Shown: positions 26,787 to 37,358 of the stretch, one piece after another
Layout of the letters: each line of letters starts with the position of its first letter
Numbering within the stretch: position 1 is the first letter of the stretch
NCBI GenBank assembly: GCA_046302855.1
Contig: JBKCHH010000062.1
Span: 1-42,592 of the forward strand
DNA length: 42,592 nt
Direction of reading: 5' to 3'
Source of the DNA: Alphaproteobacteria bacterium
GTDB taxonomy: Bacteria > Pseudomonadota > Alphaproteobacteria > Rickettsiales > UBA8987
The notes under the pieces: generated by a model
The model's database searches: none
What the model was told of the DNA's origin: nothing
Seen by the model: the letters and a program-made list of their open reading frames with translations, nothing else
Position numbers and translations under genes: made by a program

Positions 26787-27992
26787 GTGAACAAAACTAC
26801 TCTACCAACAATTTCGCAACTAACAAACCTTAAAGGAAAAAAGGTTTTGCTTAGGGTTGATTTAAATTTGCCTATGGTGGATGGCAAAATTTCAGATGAT
26901 ACCCGCCTGCTTCGTGTTATGCCAACAATTAAGTTTTTGCTTGAAAAGGGGGCGATTGTTATTTTGCTTTCGCACTTTGGCAGGCCAAAAAATGTATATG
27001 ACCCCTCCCTTTCCCTTGCTCCAATTGCAGATGTAATTTCTTCTCACTTAAAAGAAAAGGTGTATTTCGGGGTGGATGTAATTGGGCTAGAGGTGGCAAA
27101 CAAGGTGGCGTCCCTTAAGGCGGGAGAAATAATTTTGCTAGAGAATTTGCGTTTTCACAAACAAGAAGAAGCAAACGATAAAAACTTCGCTAAAGAAATA
27201 GCTGGCTTGGGGGATATTTATGTAAACGAAGCCTTTTCTTGTTCTCACCGTAAACATGCCTCTATTTATGCGTTGGCACAGCTGCTCCCTAGTTATGCTG
27301 GCTTTTCTTTTGCTAACGAAATTAAATATTTGGAAATTCTAACCAAAAACCCGCATAAACCCTTTGCAGGCATTGTTGGCGGGGCTAAGGTTTCAAGCAA
27401 GATAGAGGTTTTATATTCCCTACTTGATAAGGTGGATGCCTTGTTTATTGGTGGTGGCATGGCAAATACCTTTTTATTGGCGGAAGGGCATCAGCTTGGA
27501 AAATCTTTGGTGGAGAAAGACTATATTCAAGAGGCGAAAAAAATTCTAAAAAAAGCAAATGTTTTGGGCAAAAAAATTTATCTTCCAATAGATGCTGTGG
27601 TGGCAAAAGAATTTAAGCAAAGCCCTGAAACAGAAATAAAGGCAATTGATAGGGTAGGGGCGGATGAGATGATTTTAGATATCGGCATAAAAACAACTCA
27701 GTATTGGCTAAGTGACTTAGAAAAGTTCAAAACCGTTTTTTGGAATGGGCCAGTTGGTGCTTTTGAGAAATCTCCCTTCGATAACGGCACCATTAGCCTT
27801 ATTAGAAAAATAGTTTCTTTAACTGCGGATGCCGAACTTATTTCTATTGCAGGGGGTGGGGATATTTTATCTGCCATAGCTAAATCTGGGCATCAAAATA
27901 ACTTCACCTATATTTCTACTGCAGGTGGGGCTTTTTTAGAGTGGCTAGAGGGCAAAACCTTGCCCGGCGTTGAGGTTTTAAATTCAATCTAG
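26787..27992 (+). CDS. pgk: Phosphoglycerate kinase
   Basis: RVDLNLP, SHFGRP, LLENLRF, GGAKVSSK, WNGPVG, STAGGAFLEWLEG. Confidence 0.97.
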   Translation: MNKTTLPTISQLTNLKGKKVLLRVDLNLPMVDGKISDDTRLLRVMPTIKFLLEKGAIVILLSHFGRPKNVYDPSLSLAPIADVISSHLKEKVYFGVDVIGLEVANKVASLKAGEIILLENLRFHKQEEANDKNFAKEIAGLGDIYVNEAFSCSHRKHASIYALAQLLPSYAGFSFANEIKYLEILTKNPHKPFAGIVGGAKVSSKIEVLYSLLDKVDALFIGGGMANTFLLAEGHQLGKSLVEKDYIQEAKKILKKANVLGKKIYLPIDAVVAKEFKQSPETEIKAIDRVGADEMILDIGIKTTQYWLSDLEKFKTVFWNGPVGAFEKSPFDNGTISLIRKIVSLTADAELISIAGGGDILSAIAKSGHQNNFTYISTAGGAFLEWLEGKTLPGVEVLNSI

Positions 27993-27995
27993 CCC

Positions 27996-28023
27996 CTTGA
28001 ACCTATATTTTTTCTACCTAGGT
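27996..28023 (+). promoter_or_regulatory. Putative RpoH (sigma32) promoter of htpG
   Basis: CTTGAA-N15-CCTAGGT just upstream of a heat-shock gene. Confidence 0.45.
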
Positions 28024-28049
28024 ATGGGTAAAATTAATAATCAAAAACT

Positions 28050-29927
28050 ATGAGTAAAAATCACAAGCCAGAATCGCATAAGTTCGATGCCGAAGTTAGC
28101 AAGGTATTTAAGCTAGTTATCCACTCTATTTATCAAAACAAAGAAATTTTTTTAAGGGAGCTTATTTCAAATGCGTCTGATGCCTGCGATAAATTAAAAT
28201 TCCTAAGCCTTAAAGATAATGCTATTTTACAAAATGATAAGGATTTAAAAATAAGCATAACCCCCAATGAAAAGGAAGGAACCCTTACCATTGAAGATAA
28301 TGGTTTGGGGATGACCAAGGCAGAGCTTATTGAAAATCTAGGCACTATTGCCAGAAGTGGCACGCAAAAGTTTTTAGAGGAATTTTCAAAAGCAAAAAAG
28401 GCAGATACGCAATTAATTGGTCAATTTGGCGTGGGTTTTTATTCTAGCTTTATGGTGGCAGATGAGGTGACGGTTTTTTCAAAATCTTATAAAGATGGCG
28501 AAAGTGCCTATAAGTGGCACTCAACTGGCGATGATGGCTTTGAAATTGAACCAGCTACAGAGTTTCAATCAAGGGGCACCAAAATTATTCTAAAAATAAA
28601 AAAGGAAGAGCAGGCAATACTTTCCCCTTGGAAAATTAGGAATGTAATAAAAACCTACTCTAACTTTACCGCCTTCCCCATTATTCTGCATGGCGAAAAT
28701 AACGAAATAGAGCAGATAAATGAAGCAAACGCCCTATGGCTAAGGGATAAAAAAGATGTCGAGGCTGAAACTTACGAAAACTTTTATAAGTCAATTAGCC
28801 ATTTAGGGGGCGATAAGCCTTGGCTAACCCTGCACAATAAGGCAGAAGGCAATTTGCAGTATATAAATTTGCTATTTATTCCCTCTTCAAAACCCTTCGA
28901 TTTATATCATCCAGATAGGCAAACCAGAGTTAAGCTATTTATCAAAAGAACCTTTATTGCTGAAACTGGGCTAGAGCTTATTCCGCAGTATTTGCGTTTT
29001 TTAAGAGGCATAATAGATTCCGAAGACTTGCCCCTTAACATTAGTCGCGAAACCATCCAAAACAACCCTGTATTAGCAAAAATTAAAAGTTCAATTACCA
29101 AAAAGGTTTTAAGTGAGCTTAGAAAAAAACTTGAAAAAGATAGAGCCGACTATCTGCAATTCTGGAATAATTTTGGTGGCGTTTTAAAAGAAGGTCTGTG
29201 CGATTTTCTAGAGGGGCAACAGAAGGATGATATTCTTAACGCCTGCCTATTTCACTCCAATTTAAAAAATGAACTTATCACCTTAAAGGAATATAAAGAT
29301 AACTTAAAAGATGATCAAAAAGAAATATTTTACTTAATTAGTGATTCTTTAGAAAAGGCAAAAACCTCACCACAAATAGAGGGTTTTACGGCTAAGGGTA
29401 TTGAGGTGCTACTTTTAGTTGATAATGTTGACCAGTTCTGGACCAATGTGGTAAATGAATATGGGGATTTAAAATTGGCATCTGTTACCAAATCTTCTTC
29501 CGATGATTTTATTGAAAATCAAAACAAAAATGAAGATAAAGACGACACTATAAACACCGCCAAGCTAGTTGAATTCATTAAACAAACCTTAAAAGATAAG
29601 GTTAAAGATGTGGTTATAACCCACAAACTCACTTCAACCCCAGCCGTTTTAGCTATTGGCGATAGTGGTATGGATATTAGGTTTGAGCGGTTTTTGGTGG
29701 AAAACAAACAGCTAAAAGAATCATCTAAAAAAATTTTTGAAATTAACCCAAACCACAAGATTATCAAAAACTTAAGCGAAACTTTTGAGAGCAATCTGGC
29801 AAGAAGCAAAGATATTATCCATCTATTATTCGACCAAGCAAATATTCTAGAGGGCGAACCAATAGAAGATACCGCCGGCTTTGTAAAAAGAATGAATGGC
29901 TTGGTTGAGAGCTTTTTAGGGGGTTAA
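28050..29927 (+). CDS. htpG: Chaperone HtpG (Hsp90)
   Basis: IFLRELISNASDA, DNGLGM, NLGTIARSGT, IGQFGVGFYS, DLPLNISRE. Confidence 0.98.
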   Translation: MSKNHKPESHKFDAEVSKVFKLVIHSIYQNKEIFLRELISNASDACDKLKFLSLKDNAILQNDKDLKISITPNEKEGTLTIEDNGLGMTKAELIENLGTIARSGTQKFLEEFSKAKKADTQLIGQFGVGFYSSFMVADEVTVFSKSYKDGESAYKWHSTGDDGFEIEPATEFQSRGTKIILKIKKEEQAILSPWKIRNVIKTYSNFTAFPIILHGENNEIEQINEANALWLRDKKDVEAETYENFYKSISHLGGDKPWLTLHNKAEGNLQYINLLFIPSSKPFDLYHPDRQTRVKLFIKRTFIAETGLELIPQYLRFLRGIIDSEDLPLNISRETIQNNPVLAKIKSSITKKVLSELRKKLEKDRADYLQFWNNFGGVLKEGLCDFLEGQQKDDILNACLFHSNLKNELITLKEYKDNLKDDQKEIFYLISDSLEKAKTSPQIEGFTAKGIEVLLLVDNVDQFWTNVVNEYGDLKLASVTKSSSDDFIENQNKNEDKDDTINTAKLVEFIKQTLKDKVKDVVITHKLTSTPAVLAIGDSGMDIRFERFLVENKQLKESSKKIFEINPNHKIIKNLSETFESNLARSKDIIHLLFDQANILEGEPIEDTAGFVKRMNGLVESFLGG

Positions 29928-30065
29928 GAGATAAGGTATTTTATTCTTCTAAGCTCAAGTGCACAAGCACCTAAGGCAAAAAGATGGAATTAGAATTTTT
30001 ACCCCATATTTCTTAATGACAAATAAAAAAAAATCTCTTAACTCACAGGCTAAAAAATAAAAACT

Positions 30066-31154
30066 ATGTTGTATAATTTACTCTCGCCACTCTCAGCAGA
30101 ATATAGTGCCTTTAACCTGTTTAACTACCTAACATTTAGAAGTATCTGTGCCATTTTCACCTCTTTTTTACTCTGCCTTATTTTTGGTAATAGAACTATT
30201 AATTGGCTAAAATCTTTGCAGAAAAAGGGGCAACCTATTAGGAGTGATGGTCCAGCTTCGCACCTTATAACAAAAGTTGGAACTCCAACTATGGGGGGGT
30301 TAATGATTATAGCCTCAGCTATAGTTTCTGGCATATTATGGAGTGATATGACCAACGCCTATGTATGGCTTGGAATATTTGTTCTAGCTGGTTTTGGCCT
30401 AATTGGTTTTATTGATGATTATAAAAAACTAAAGAAATTTTCCTCACAAGGTTTAAGGGGAAAAAAGAAACTTTTTTTACAAGCATCAGTTGCTTTTTTT
30501 ACGGTGTTTTTAATAGGCTACCTTGATAAATCAAGCTATCCAACCCATATAGCCCTGCCTTTTTTTAAGGATGTTTTTTTAAATATTGGCTATTTCTATC
30601 TTGTGTTTGCAACTTTCGTAATGGTGGGTAGTTCTAATGCGGTAAACTTAACTGATGGCTTAGATGGGCTAGCAATCTTCCCCGTAATGATGGCGGTTGC
30701 CTGCTTTGCCATAATTACTTATCTAGTGGGCAATATAAAATTCGCTGAATATTTGCATATTGTGCATGTAAGTGGATCTGGCGAACTAGTAATTTTATGT
30801 ATGGCGATAATTGGTGCGGGGCTTGGCTTTTTGTGGTTCAACGCACCACCAGCGCAGGTGTTTATGGGTGATGTTGGCTCGCTAGCATTGGGTGGCTTTT
30901 TAGGATTCTTAGCAATAATAACTAAGCACGAAATAGTTTTGGCAATAGTGGGCGGTATTTTTGTTATTGAAACCCTATCCGTTATGATTCAAGTTTTTTA
31001 CTACAAAAGAACAGGCAAAAGAGTGTTTTTAATGGCACCCATTCACCATCATTTTGAAAAACTGGGGTGGAGCGAGCCAAAAATTGTAATTCGCTTCTGG
31101 ATTATATCAATTATATTTGCTTTAATAGGGCTTGCCACCTTAAAGATAAGATGA
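30066..31154 (+). CDS. mraY: Phospho-N-acetylmuramoyl-pentapeptide transferase
   Basis: [38 protein letters not shown]. Confidence 0.98.
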   Translation: MLYNLLSPLSAEYSAFNLFNYLTFRSICAIFTSFLLCLIFGNRTINWLKSLQKKGQPIRSDGPASHLITKVGTPTMGGLMIIASAIVSGILWSDMTNAYVWLGIFVLAGFGLIGFIDDYKKLKKFSSQGLRGKKKLFLQASVAFFTVFLIGYLDKSSYPTHIALPFFKDVFLNIGYFYLVFATFVMVGSSNAVNLTDGLDGLAIFPVMMAVACFAIITYLVGNIKFAEYLHIVHVSGSGELVILCMAIIGAGLGFLWFNAPPAQVFMGDVGSLALGGFLGFLAIITKHEIVLAIVGGIFVIETLSVMIQVFYYKRTGKRVFLMAPIHHHFEKLGWSEPKIVIRFWIISIIFALIGLATLKIR

Positions 31155-32644
31155 ATTTAGAGATTATCCAACAAATACTTTCACCACTTAAGGGAAAAAA
31201 AATTGCCCTCTTTTCTCTTGGAAAAAGCGGTTTTGGCATTTTAAAGCTCCTTTCCTTAATAGACTGCGAAATATACGCTTGGGATGATGATAAGGATACA
31301 AGAGAAACCGCCCTTTTACAATATAGCGAAAAAAGGCTTAGTATTGTAAAGCCAGAGTTTTTCCAATTTGCAGAGCTGGATTTTTTTATTATTAGCCCCG
31401 GCATTAATTTAAGAGCAGAAAAATTTTCGCTTCTAAACAAAAAAATAGCAGAAAATAAGCTAGAGGTAATTAATGATATTCAGCTATTCTTAAGGATTTT
31501 TTCTAGTGTGATAAAAATAGGGATAACTGGCACTAATGGCAAATCTACCACCACCGCCCTTATTCATCATATTCTAAAAGATTTAGATTTTGATGCCTAT
31601 ATAGGTGGCAACTACGGCATTGCTATTGGTGAAGTAGCTTATGATATAATTACCAATTTAAAAAACCTTAAAGAGCTAAAAGAAAAAATTGTTGTGATTG
31701 AAATTTCGTCTTACCAACTAGATAGTTTTAACCCTAATGTTTTGGCGGAAAAATTAGATCTTGCCGTTTTAACCAACATCACTAAAGATCACATAGATAG
31801 GCATGGTAGTTTCGAAAACTATATTTTAGCAAAGGAGAAAATCTTTCAAAATCAAGGTAAAGAAGATTTTGCTATATTATGTGTAGATGATGAGCAAAGT
31901 AATAAGGTTTTCAATAGATTAGATAATATTATTAAAGTGCCAGTTTCTTCTGAAAAACCGCAACAAAACGGTTTTTTAGTAAAGGATGGCAAAATTTTTT
32001 ATGATGAAAAAACAATAGAGCTTGGTGTTTTAGAAAAAATACCAGGTGATCACAATAGAAAAAATATTGCTTGTAGCTTTGCTGCCGTTCATTTGCTGGT
32101 TCATTCTAAGAAAATAAAACACATAAAAAAATCTTTTAATAGGGTAGGGGCGGAAATTATAAAATCTATCCAGAGCTTTTCTGGCTTACCGCACAGAATG
32201 GAGATAGTGGCTAATTTTCACGGCATTAAATTTGTGAACGATAGTAAGGCAACTAATGACCTATCAACAAAACAAGCCCTTGCCTCATTTGATAATATTG
32301 TATGGCTGGCGGGTGGAATTTCTAAAGAGGGGGGTATAGAGGTGTTAAAACCATATGCTAATAAAATTAGGGCAGTAATTTTGTATGGCAGAGATAAAAA
32401 CATCTTTTTAAATCAAATAAATAACTGGCAAACCGGAACAAAAATATTAATTGCTGAAACCTTCGAGCAGGCATTTAAACTAGCGGTATCACAGGCAAAT
32501 TTGCTGGTAAATGAAGGCAATATTCATCCAGTGGTTTTACTTTCCCCTGCCTGTGCTTCCTTCGATATGTTCAAAAATTTTGAACAAAGGGGTGATTATT
32601 TTGTAAGGTTAGTAAAGGAATTTAAGAAGCTAGGCTATGCTTAG
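31151..32644 (+). CDS. murD: UDP-N-acetylmuramoyl-L-alanine--D-glutamate ligase
   Basis: [41 protein letters not shown]; ATG at 31151 overlaps the mraY stop (ATGA), preferred to the track start 31067. Confidence 0.95.
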   Translation: MNLEIIQQILSPLKGKKIALFSLGKSGFGILKLLSLIDCEIYAWDDDKDTRETALLQYSEKRLSIVKPEFFQFAELDFFIISPGINLRAEKFSLLNKKIAENKLEVINDIQLFLRIFSSVIKIGITGTNGKSTTTALIHHILKDLDFDAYIGGNYGIAIGEVAYDIITNLKNLKELKEKIVVIEISSYQLDSFNPNVLAEKLDLAVLTNITKDHIDRHGSFENYILAKEKIFQNQGKEDFAILCVDDEQSNKVFNRLDNIIKVPVSSEKPQQNGFLVKDGKIFYDEKTIELGVLEKIPGDHNRKNIACSFAAVHLLVHSKKIKHIKKSFNRVGAEIIKSIQSFSGLPHRMEIVANFHGIKFVNDSKATNDLSTKQALASFDNIVWLAGGISKEGGIEVLKPYANKIRAVILYGRDKNIFLNQINNWQTGTKILIAETFEQAFKLAVSQANLLVNEGNIHPVVLLSPACASFDMFKNFEQRGDYFVRLVKEFKKLGYA

Positions 32645-32657
32645 GTTTTAAAACACT

Positions 32658-32975
32658 CTACCCCTTTTCTTTACCCACTTGAATATCGTAGTTTTTTATG
32701 CCCATGCGGCGTTCTAGCTCTGCCATTACCTCTTCTACGGCTACATCCCTATCTTTCCATAAAAGGGAAAGGTGGAATAATAAATCGGCACTTTCGTAGA
32801 TTACTTGGTTTTTATCTTCCGCTAAATAGGCAACTGTTACTTCCACCGCCTCTTCGCCAAACTTTTGAGCAATTTTATTCCGCCCCTTTTTAAAGGTTTT
32901 TACCACATAAGAATCTTTAGGATTGCTTTGCAACCTTTCTTCAATAATTTCTCTTAGCTTTATTAGGGTTAGCAT
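32658..32975 (-). CDS. hisE: Phosphoribosyl-ATP diphosphatase
   Basis: SYV...G..KIAQKFGEEAVE...ESADLLFHL...V..EL.RR. Confidence 0.9.
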   Translation of the reverse strand: MLTLIKLREIIEERLQSNPKDSYVVKTFKKGRNKIAQKFGEEAVEVTVAYLAEDKNQVIYESADLLFHLSLLWKDRDVAVEEVMAELERRMGIKNYDIQVGKEKG

Positions 32976-33055
32976 TTCGTTTATCTATTATGCTAAAAAA
33001 ATACTATACTTAAAATTCTATTGCAACTATTTGATTTACTAAATAAAAAGACGCT

Positions 33056-34051
33056 ATGCAAAATACCGATGTAGTAATAATAGGGGCAGGGCCAGTGGGC
33101 TTGTTTGCCGTGTTTGAATGTGGCATGATGGATTTAAAATGCCATGTAATAGATGCTTTAGACTTTGTGGGTGGGCAATGCACCGCCCTTTATCCTGAAA
33201 AGCCTATCTATGATATCCCCTCTCAAGTAGAAATTAGTGGCGAAGACCTAATAAAAAATCTGCAAAAGCAGGCGGAAAAGTTTTTGCCCACCTATAGTTT
33301 GGGGGAGCAGGTAATAGCCATCACCAAAAAAAATGAGCTTTTTACCGTTTCTACCAACAAAAATAATCACATTACCTGCAAGGCGATAATAATTGCGGGT
33401 GGGTGCGGATCATTTGGCCCAAACCGTCCACCCATTAGTAATATTGAGGAGTTTGAAAAAACCGGCAAGGTTGCCTATATGGTTAAATCAAAATCTGATT
33501 TTATTAATAAAAGCGTGGTGATTGCGGGTGGGGGAGATTCTGCCATAGATTGGCTAATAAGCCTGCAGGGCATTGCTAAAAAGCTCTATCTGGTTCATAG
33601 AAGAAACAATTTAAGGGGTCATCCAGAAAGCGAAAAAAAGGTGTTCGAACTAGCAAAAAATGGCTTAATTGAGCTGGTAATCCCCTATCAGCTAGATAGT
33701 TTAAAGGGTGAAGATGGAAATTTAAAAGCTGTGCTGGTTAAAGACCTAAACAATAATATAAGGGAACTTGAGGCAGATTATTTGCTTCCCTTCTACGGCC
33801 TTTCCATGGAGCTGGGGCCAATAGCCAACTGGGGTTTAAACCTTCATAAGAACCATATAGAGGTTGATTACTCTACCATGCAAACCAATGTTGATGGCAT
33901 TTTTGCTATTGGTGATATTTGCCATTATAAGGGAAAGAAAAAACTAATCTTGTGTGGCTTTGCAGAAGGGGCAGTGGCGGCAAGTAGCATTTACCCGCTT
34001 GTTTATCCAGATAAAGAGTATCACTTTCAATATTCTACCAGTAAGTTCTAG
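33056..34051 (+). CDS. Ferredoxin--NADP reductase (TrxB-like FNR)
   Basis: IIGAGPVG, GGQC.ALYPEKPIYDIP, GGGDSAIDW, no CxxC, Y.GK.KLIL.GF.E, FQYSTS. Confidence 0.88.
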   Translation: MQNTDVVIIGAGPVGLFAVFECGMMDLKCHVIDALDFVGGQCTALYPEKPIYDIPSQVEISGEDLIKNLQKQAEKFLPTYSLGEQVIAITKKNELFTVSTNKNNHITCKAIIIAGGCGSFGPNRPPISNIEEFEKTGKVAYMVKSKSDFINKSVVIAGGGDSAIDWLISLQGIAKKLYLVHRRNNLRGHPESEKKVFELAKNGLIELVIPYQLDSLKGEDGNLKAVLVKDLNNNIRELEADYLLPFYGLSMELGPIANWGLNLHKNHIEVDYSTMQTNVDGIFAIGDICHYKGKKKLILCGFAEGAVAASSIYPLVYPDKEYHFQYSTSKF

Positions 34052-34112
34052 ATTTTTATTGATTTTTAGTTAATTTAAACAATGCTTTAAGGAAGAACCA
34101 AGTAGGTAATAG

Positions 34113-35486
34113 GTGTTTACAAAAACAATCAAATATTTCTGGATAGTTGCAACTTTGCTTCTGCTAAACTCTTGCAAATATGGTGGAAAGCAAGATGAGG
34201 CATTGGTTCTACAAAATACCTATAACTTTAATAAAAAACCAAAGGAAGAGCAGAATTTTTACAATAATTATTATGAAAATTCTAACCAAATAAAAGAAAA
34301 GAAGGTTGTCTATAAGGCAGAGCCAAAGCCTACACCTAAGCCTAAGCCAGAAATAAAAAAACCAGAACCAGTTTTGGCAAAGCCTAAAGATGAAAAGCCA
34401 AAGGTTAAGAAAGAGGAGGTTGTGTCACCCAAGCCAAAGCCCACCCCTGCACCCAAACCTAAGGTAGTTGAGGTTGTAAAAAATGATCTTCCGCCAATAA
34501 AAAAAGAGGTTAAGCCAGAAGTAAAGCCAGAAATTAAAAAACTACCAGAGCCAGAGATTAAAAAACAAGAACTAAAACCAGAAGTAAAAATAGAGCCTAA
34601 AGTAGAACCAAAACCAGAGGAGAAAAAAGAAGCAATAATAAAGGAATTGCCTGAACCCATCATTCCTATATCTCCACAAATTAAGCTAGAGGAGAAAAAA
34701 GAGGAAAAGCCTAAAGAAAAGGTTGAAGAAAAATCGGAAGAAGAAAAAAACTATGATTCAGGCGATTTATACAAGATTTCAGCCGATGAAATCTTCCCTA
34801 TAAATTTAAAGCCAAAATATGGTGATGAGCCTGAGCAACCCCAAAAACTACAAACAGAAGAACCCCAAAAAGAAATTCCAAAAGAAGCCCCCAAAGAAGT
34901 TCTAAAAGAAATTCCAGTGCAAAAAAATCAGATAGAGGATATAATTAACTACGATATTGAAAAAAAACTCCGCACTAAGATTTTATCTGTCTTTAGGGGC
35001 AAACTTATAATTGAAAAAGAATTTATGAGGGAAAGAAATGCCAAAAAACTATATACTTGCGAATATTACTTTTTAGATGAAGCCGGAAAATTATTAATTA
35101 CGGAAGATATAGGCAACGGCTATACTCTAGTAGAATCAGATAGGGCAGGCAAAATATTTTTAGATAGGGTAGAATGTGTGCTACCTTACTTTACCGATAA
35201 AAGGGCAAGGGCATATTATTTTAAAAATCTATTCTTTTATTCCTACCCCGCCCAAATTAACTATATAGGTGACGGGGATTTTGTTTGGGCATCAGGCCAT
35301 TTATATAGAACTGCACCGCCACTTTGCCCAGATGGCATTCCAAAGGAAGAAAAAATTGCTGGAAAATTAATTCCTAATTTTGAAAATCAAATGCTAGCCC
35401 TGCTAGATTATTTAGCCTATAATCAAATAGATGTGCCAGTTGCTCCAACCCTATTAAATGCTTTGTTAAATAGAAAAAATCACTAG
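34113..35486 (+). CDS. Hypothetical lipoprotein with long Pro/Lys/Glu-rich region
   Basis: Lipobox LLLNSC; about 200 aa of PKPKPE/EVKPE/PKE repeats; ~180-aa unrecognised C-terminal domain. Confidence 0.75.
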   Translation: MFTKTIKYFWIVATLLLLNSCKYGGKQDEALVLQNTYNFNKKPKEEQNFYNNYYENSNQIKEKKVVYKAEPKPTPKPKPEIKKPEPVLAKPKDEKPKVKKEEVVSPKPKPTPAPKPKVVEVVKNDLPPIKKEVKPEVKPEIKKLPEPEIKKQELKPEVKIEPKVEPKPEEKKEAIIKELPEPIIPISPQIKLEEKKEEKPKEKVEEKSEEEKNYDSGDLYKISADEIFPINLKPKYGDEPEQPQKLQTEEPQKEIPKEAPKEVLKEIPVQKNQIEDIINYDIEKKLRTKILSVFRGKLIIEKEFMRERNAKKLYTCEYYFLDEAGKLLITEDIGNGYTLVESDRAGKIFLDRVECVLPYFTDKRARAYYFKNLFFYSYPAQINYIGDGDFVWASGHLYRTAPPLCPDGIPKEEKIAGKLIPNFENQMLALLDYLAYNQIDVPVAPTLLNALLNRKNH

Positions 35487-35495
35487 AATAAAAAA

Positions 35496-36017
35496 ATGCA
35501 AGATCACATTACTAAAGCCTATTTTTCTTATCTAAAGCTAGCAATCCCCGTTGTGTCGATTGTGCTTTTTTCTACGCTTTTTAGCGTTATTTTTAGCTTC
35601 CCCTATTCAGCCCTAATACCGGGGTATATTATTATCATAAGCTACTACTGGCTTATTTATCAGCCAATTTTAGTGCCAAGATTATTTCTTTTTATCTCAG
35701 GAATTTTTTTTGATAGTTTAATGGATAATCCGCTTGGTTTAAGTTCGCTAATTTTAATTATCACTTGGCTAGTAGTGGTTATCCAGCGGGATATTATCCG
35801 CATTTTTAACTTTTATTATGGCTGGTGCTTGCTGTTTATTATCCTTTTAATTAGCTTTATTATTTCATCCGTAGTCTATTTTGTTTTCTTTGGCGTTTTT
35901 CCAGAAATTCAATATATGCTAATTAATTTGTTAACCATGTGGGCTAGCTATGTTTTAATCCACCCATTGCTAGAGCTTTTAGAAAAGCCACTAATTATAA
36001 ATTATGGTAGCAGATGA
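35496..36017 (+). CDS. mreD: Rod shape-determining protein MreD-like membrane protein
   Basis: 173 aa, about five TMs, YYW.IYQP...P...F..G...D.L...PLG.SSL pattern. Confidence 0.65.
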   Translation: MQDHITKAYFSYLKLAIPVVSIVLFSTLFSVIFSFPYSALIPGYIIIISYYWLIYQPILVPRLFLFISGIFFDSLMDNPLGLSSLILIITWLVVVIQRDIIRIFNFYYGWCLLFIILLISFIISSVVYFVFFGVFPEIQYMLINLLTMWASYVLIHPLLELLEKPLIINYGSR

Positions 36018-36886
36018 GCGAGCAAAAATGTTTAAGCGTTGCCATAATAGGTGAAACCAATAGCGGAAAATCAACCCTCATAAACCATATTATAGGGAAA
36101 AAGGTGGCAATAGTTACCCCAAAGGCTCAAACCACTAGAAACAGAATTGTTGGCATAAAAAATATCGATAATACGCAATTAATACTGGTAGATACTCCGG
36201 GCATTTTTAGAGAGGTAAAAAGAAAGGGCGATGAGGCCTTGCTTGAAATTGCTTGGCAAAATTTAAATGAGGCAGAGGTTTCTATTTTGCTAATTGATAT
36301 TCTTTCAGAACAGAGGGAAACATTTGGCTCTAACAATAGAAAAATTTTAGATAGGTTAAGCAAAAATCCAAATAAAAAGATAATTTTGGTGCTAAATAAA
36401 ATAGACCTGCTTGATAAGGCTACCTTACTTCCCATAATTAAAAAATTTGTGGATGCTTTTAACTTCAACAAGGTATTTTGCGTATCTGCCTTAAAGGGCG
36501 ATGGCGTGCAAGATTTAGAAAACTATTTAGTATCAATCGCCCCACAAGAGCCACATCACTATATAGATGATGAAATTTCAGACATGCCAGAAAGGCTTTT
36601 TGCCAGCGAAATAACTAGGGAAAAACTAATGCTAAACCTAAAGCAAGAGCTTCCCTATTCTTTTAAAGTAGAGGTGGAAAAGTGGGAAGAAACGCCAAAA
36701 CAACTAAAAATTTATCAAGTAATTTTTGTTGGTAATGATAATCACAAAAAAATAATCTTAGGCAGTAATGGCGAGATGATAAAAACCATAGGTATTCAAT
36801 CTAGGCTAGAGCTAGAGGCAATTTTTGAAAAAAAAGTTAGCCTATTCCTTCACCTAAAGGTTAGACCGAAAGAGCTTGAGGGGTAG
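36014..36886 (+). CDS. era: GTPase Era
   Basis: G..NSGKSTL, IVTPKAQTTR, DTPG, NKID, EITREKL, ELPY, KH domain. Confidence 0.95.
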   Translation: MSEQKCLSVAIIGETNSGKSTLINHIIGKKVAIVTPKAQTTRNRIVGIKNIDNTQLILVDTPGIFREVKRKGDEALLEIAWQNLNEAEVSILLIDILSEQRETFGSNNRKILDRLSKNPNKKIILVLNKIDLLDKATLLPIIKKFVDAFNFNKVFCVSALKGDGVQDLENYLVSIAPQEPHHYIDDEISDMPERLFASEITREKLMLNLKQELPYSFKVEVEKWEETPKQLKIYQVIFVGNDNHKKIILGSNGEMIKTIGIQSRLELEAIFEKKVSLFLHLKVRPKELEG

Positions 36887-36902
36887 TGTTTTGAGGGCAG
36901 TT

Positions 36903-37358
36903 TTAAGCAAGCTGATCTCTTTTTTCCTTCTCTAGCTTATTGATGGAAAATTTTTGTAATACGGTTTCGTTTAGGTTCTTTTGCTCAGTGTCTTTTTGTT
37001 TATTCTTTTTTTCTACAATGGCATTTTCTTCTATAATTTCGTATTTTTTCTTTTCTGAAAATAGGTTTTTTACGGTTGAGTTTAATGCCTCAATTTTTTT
37101 TTCTAGCTCTTTCTTTTTTTTCTGGTGGAGGGCAATTTTCTTTTCCTGATTTTCACGAAAATTTATAAAATCGGTCATTAATTTAAAGTCATTGGGGAAG
37201 TTTTTTATTAGCAAAGTTTCCTCATCTAAAATCTCATCATTTAAGCCCTTTATTATAGCGTCTTGATGCTTGCTTTGGGCAATTAGCAGGTTTTTTTCTA
37301 TGCGGATTTTTTCTAGTTTATTTTTGCTAATTTTTATAAGGGTTTTTACTGTTTTCAT
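36903..37358 (-). CDS. fliJ: Flagellar export protein FliJ-like
   Basis: 151-aa coiled coil; MK..TLIK start, F.E.KKYE and EQK.LNE patterns resemble alphaproteobacterial FliJ. Confidence 0.6.
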   Translation of the reverse strand: MKTVKTLIKISKNKLEKIRIEKNLLIAQSKHQDAIIKGLNDEILDEETLLIKNFPNDFKLMTDFINFRENQEKKIALHQKKKKELEKKIEALNSTVKNLFSEKKKYEIIEENAIVEKKNKQKDTEQKNLNETVLQKFSINKLEKEKRDQLA

